In this document: one piece after another, positions 61,583 through 64,000 of the stretch
Position numbering within the stretch: position 1 is the first letter of the stretch
Layout: each line of letters opens with the position of its first letter
Origin: Laetmonice hystrix
Taxonomy: Eukaryota
Direction: 5' to 3'
Length of the DNA stretch: 64,000 nucleotides
Assembly: GCA_965235115.1 (NCBI GenBank)
Contig: OZ249445.1
Location: 13,206,001 to 13,270,000, forward strand
Position numbers and translations under genes: made by a program
Notes under the pieces: model-generated
What the model was told of the DNA's origin: nothing
Seen by the model: the letters and a program-made list of their open reading frames with translations, nothing else
Databases searched by the model: none

Positions 61583-62607
61583 ACGATAACATGCCCTACG
61601 TCTGTCCCGTGATATCGACGATAACATGCCCTACGTCTGTCCCGTGATATCGACGATAACATGCCCTACGTCTGTCCCGTGATATCGACGATAACATGTC
61701 CTACGTCTGTCCCGTGATATCGACGATAACATACGTCTGTCCCGTGATATCAGAACGATAACATGCCCTACGTCTGTCCCGTGATATCAACGATAACATA
61801 CGTCTGTCCCGTGATATCGACGATAACATGCCCTACGTCTGTCCCGTGATATCAACGATAACATGCCCTACGTCTGTCCCGTGATATCGACGATAACATG
61901 CCCTACGTCTGTCCCGTGATATCAACGATAACATACGTCTGTCCCGTGATATCGACGATAACATGCCCTACGTCTGTCCCGTGATATCAACGATAACATG
62001 CCCTACGTCTGTCCCGTGATATCAACGATAACATACGTCTGTCCCGTGATATCGACGATAACATACGTCTGTCCCGTGATATCGACGATAACATGCGTCT
62101 GTCCCGTGATATCGACGATAACATACGTCTGTCCCGTGATATCGACGATAACATGCGTCTGTCCCGTGATATCGACGATAACATGCGTCTGTCCCGTGAT
62201 ATCGACGATAACATGCGTCTGTCCCGTGATATCGACGATAACATGCCCTACGTCTGTCCCGTGATATCGACGATAACATGCGTCTGTCCCGTGATATCGA
62301 CGATAACATGCGTCTGTCCCGTGATATCGACGATAACATGCGTCTGTCCCGTGATATCGACGATAACATGCGTCTGTCCCGTGATATCGACGATAACATG
62401 CCCTACGTCTGTCCCGTGATATCGACGATAACATGCGTCTGTCCCGTGATATCGACGATAACATGCCCTACGTCTGTCCCGTGATATCAGAACGATAACA
62501 TGCCCTACGTCTGTCCCGTGATATCGACGATAACATGCCCTACGTCTGTCCCGTGATATCGACGATAACATGCCCTACGTCTGTCCCGTGATATCAGAAC
62601 GATAACA
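61583..62607. repeat. CpG-rich minisatellite, 31 full units mixing 35-bp and 30-bp variants
   Basis: acgataacatgccctacgtctgtcccgtgatatcg and acgataacat[g/a]cgtctgtcccgtgatatcg. Confidence 0.95.
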
Positions 62608-63518
62608 CCCGGCACCAGTAGAACACGACTAATTCTGACGTTATACTTGGGCAAGGAGTTCTTCTCCTTCATCACCATTTTTGATTTGTCGATATAATCA
62701 ATCGTCCGGGAGGTCAGAGACCACAGAGAGGTCAAAGAGTTTGGTTGAGCTTTTGGCCACCAATCGAAACATCCTGGTATTGACAAGCTAATCTCACACT
62801 AACACGAGTGGGACCTGTCCGATTTCCTATAGCCAGGCGGACGGCCGAGTGTTGGCAACTGCCGGCCGACCTCTCGCCGCTAATTACCTCGGACCGACCT
62901 GCATGTGTCGCCTGTCAGCGCCGTGATGGAAGGCGCAGGTGTAGACATTAACTTCAACTGGATCACAATCAACTCCTGACCGCTCAGATCGATTAGCGCC
63001 AGATCTAACCGACGCCACAGTGTTTTCACTCTGTAATGGAAGTTCGAAACAAGTGGACGGACGTATGTAATCAAATGATGAGTGGATGCCTGTGTAAAAG
63101 CCATTTTTCATGACATATTTAAGAGACAGGAAATAAAACGGAAAGAAAGAAGGAATACCGGTTTAACTTCCCCATGACTGCGACCTTCAACTAATAATCC
63201 AATTAATGCTCAACACGTCGGAATCATCTGGGTGGTGGAACGAAAAGAAAAGCTGCCACAGAACAGGTCGTCAGGACGTGCATACTCAAGGAATGCTGGC
63301 GCAGTGGGCTTGCATCTCGCCAGACTTACATTACTTTCACACCTGCTCGACTGTACATAATAAACAGGAGTATGTTCCCATCAAGAGGTCGGCAGACGTA
63401 CCGCAGTTGTTTGCACATCTTCGATCAGTACTTCCATCTAACGTCAATATGACACTGTGTTTACACTCCGTCTTAGTTACGGGTGGGTCTGGCGGCAGAG
63501 GTTCCTCTTGTCCTCAAA

Positions 63519-63737
63519 ATCTCTCTATCTCTTACCATAAAATCTCTCTATCTCTTATCTCAACATCCAAACATCTCTATACCATACACTCTCGCTATCT
63601 CTCATCTCACCATCTCTAGCTCATATCCCAACATCGCTATCTCTATAACATCCAAACATCTCTGTGTTTCTAACATTACAATCTCGCTATCTCTCATCTC
63701 AACATCTCTAGCTCTTATTTCAACATCCCAACATCCA
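63519..63737. repeat. Degenerate TC/AC-rich low-complexity repeat
   Basis: Recurrent atctctc / aacatcc motifs. Confidence 0.7.
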
Positions 63738-64000
63738 CTGTTTGTAATGCTCGAAAAAGATCTACAAGTTTTACAGGCTTGTTGCGAGACACTACACGCC
63801 GTGTCACCAAAGATCAAAGGAAACTTAGAGAACACATGCCGCCACAACGATGGTTTCAATAATCGACATGGTGTGGGATCCCCGTTATCTATTCACACGC
63901 TGTCCTATAAAACACAAGTTATTCAATCAAATACCACCAAACTGAATTTGGCGAGCTGCCGTCAATGTTTGATTAAGGTCAGGTTCGTTAACCCTAATGG

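Noticed and set aside
61987-62786. Many repetitive ORFs on both strands
   Set aside because: Derived from the 30/35-bp minisatellite.
1-64000. tRNA, rRNA or snRNA genes
   Set aside because: No cloverleaf with A/B boxes and no rRNA-like sequence was recognised by eye; tRNAscan-SE/Infernal would be decisive.

Overview
Eukaryotic genomic DNA with spliceosomal introns and two N-gaps. It is most likely from an invertebrate bilaterian animal, but the species cannot be determined from sequence alone. Four protein-coding loci lie on the + strand, reconstructed by hand from GT/GC-AG junctions and phase continuity: (1) the terminal exon of a copper amine oxidase (CAO/AOC family) at 141-485; (2) a complete 6-exon tandem CAO paralog at 2241-7365 (768 aa, with signal peptide, NYDY/TPQ motif, Cu-binding histidines and a GPI-signal-like C-terminus); (3) a 3-coding-exon secreted frizzled-related protein of the sFRP1/2/5 type at 15490-36068 (410 aa, with an unusual basic C-terminal extension); (4) a 16-exon TRPC-family cation channel at 40187-48669 (1164 aa). 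A possible signal-peptide first exon of a fifth gene lies at 51649-51724. The rest is intronic or intergenic DNA with many minisatellites, several MITEs (one Kolobok/T2-like), a Tc1 remnant and an 82-bp perfect palindrome. The most striking observation is that minisatellites have captured real splice sites: a 13-copy array of a complete branch-point/polypyrimidine/AG acceptor plus exon start in TRPC, and a triplicated exon end plus donor in the CAO gene. No CRISPR arrays, rRNA or tRNA genes could be supported.
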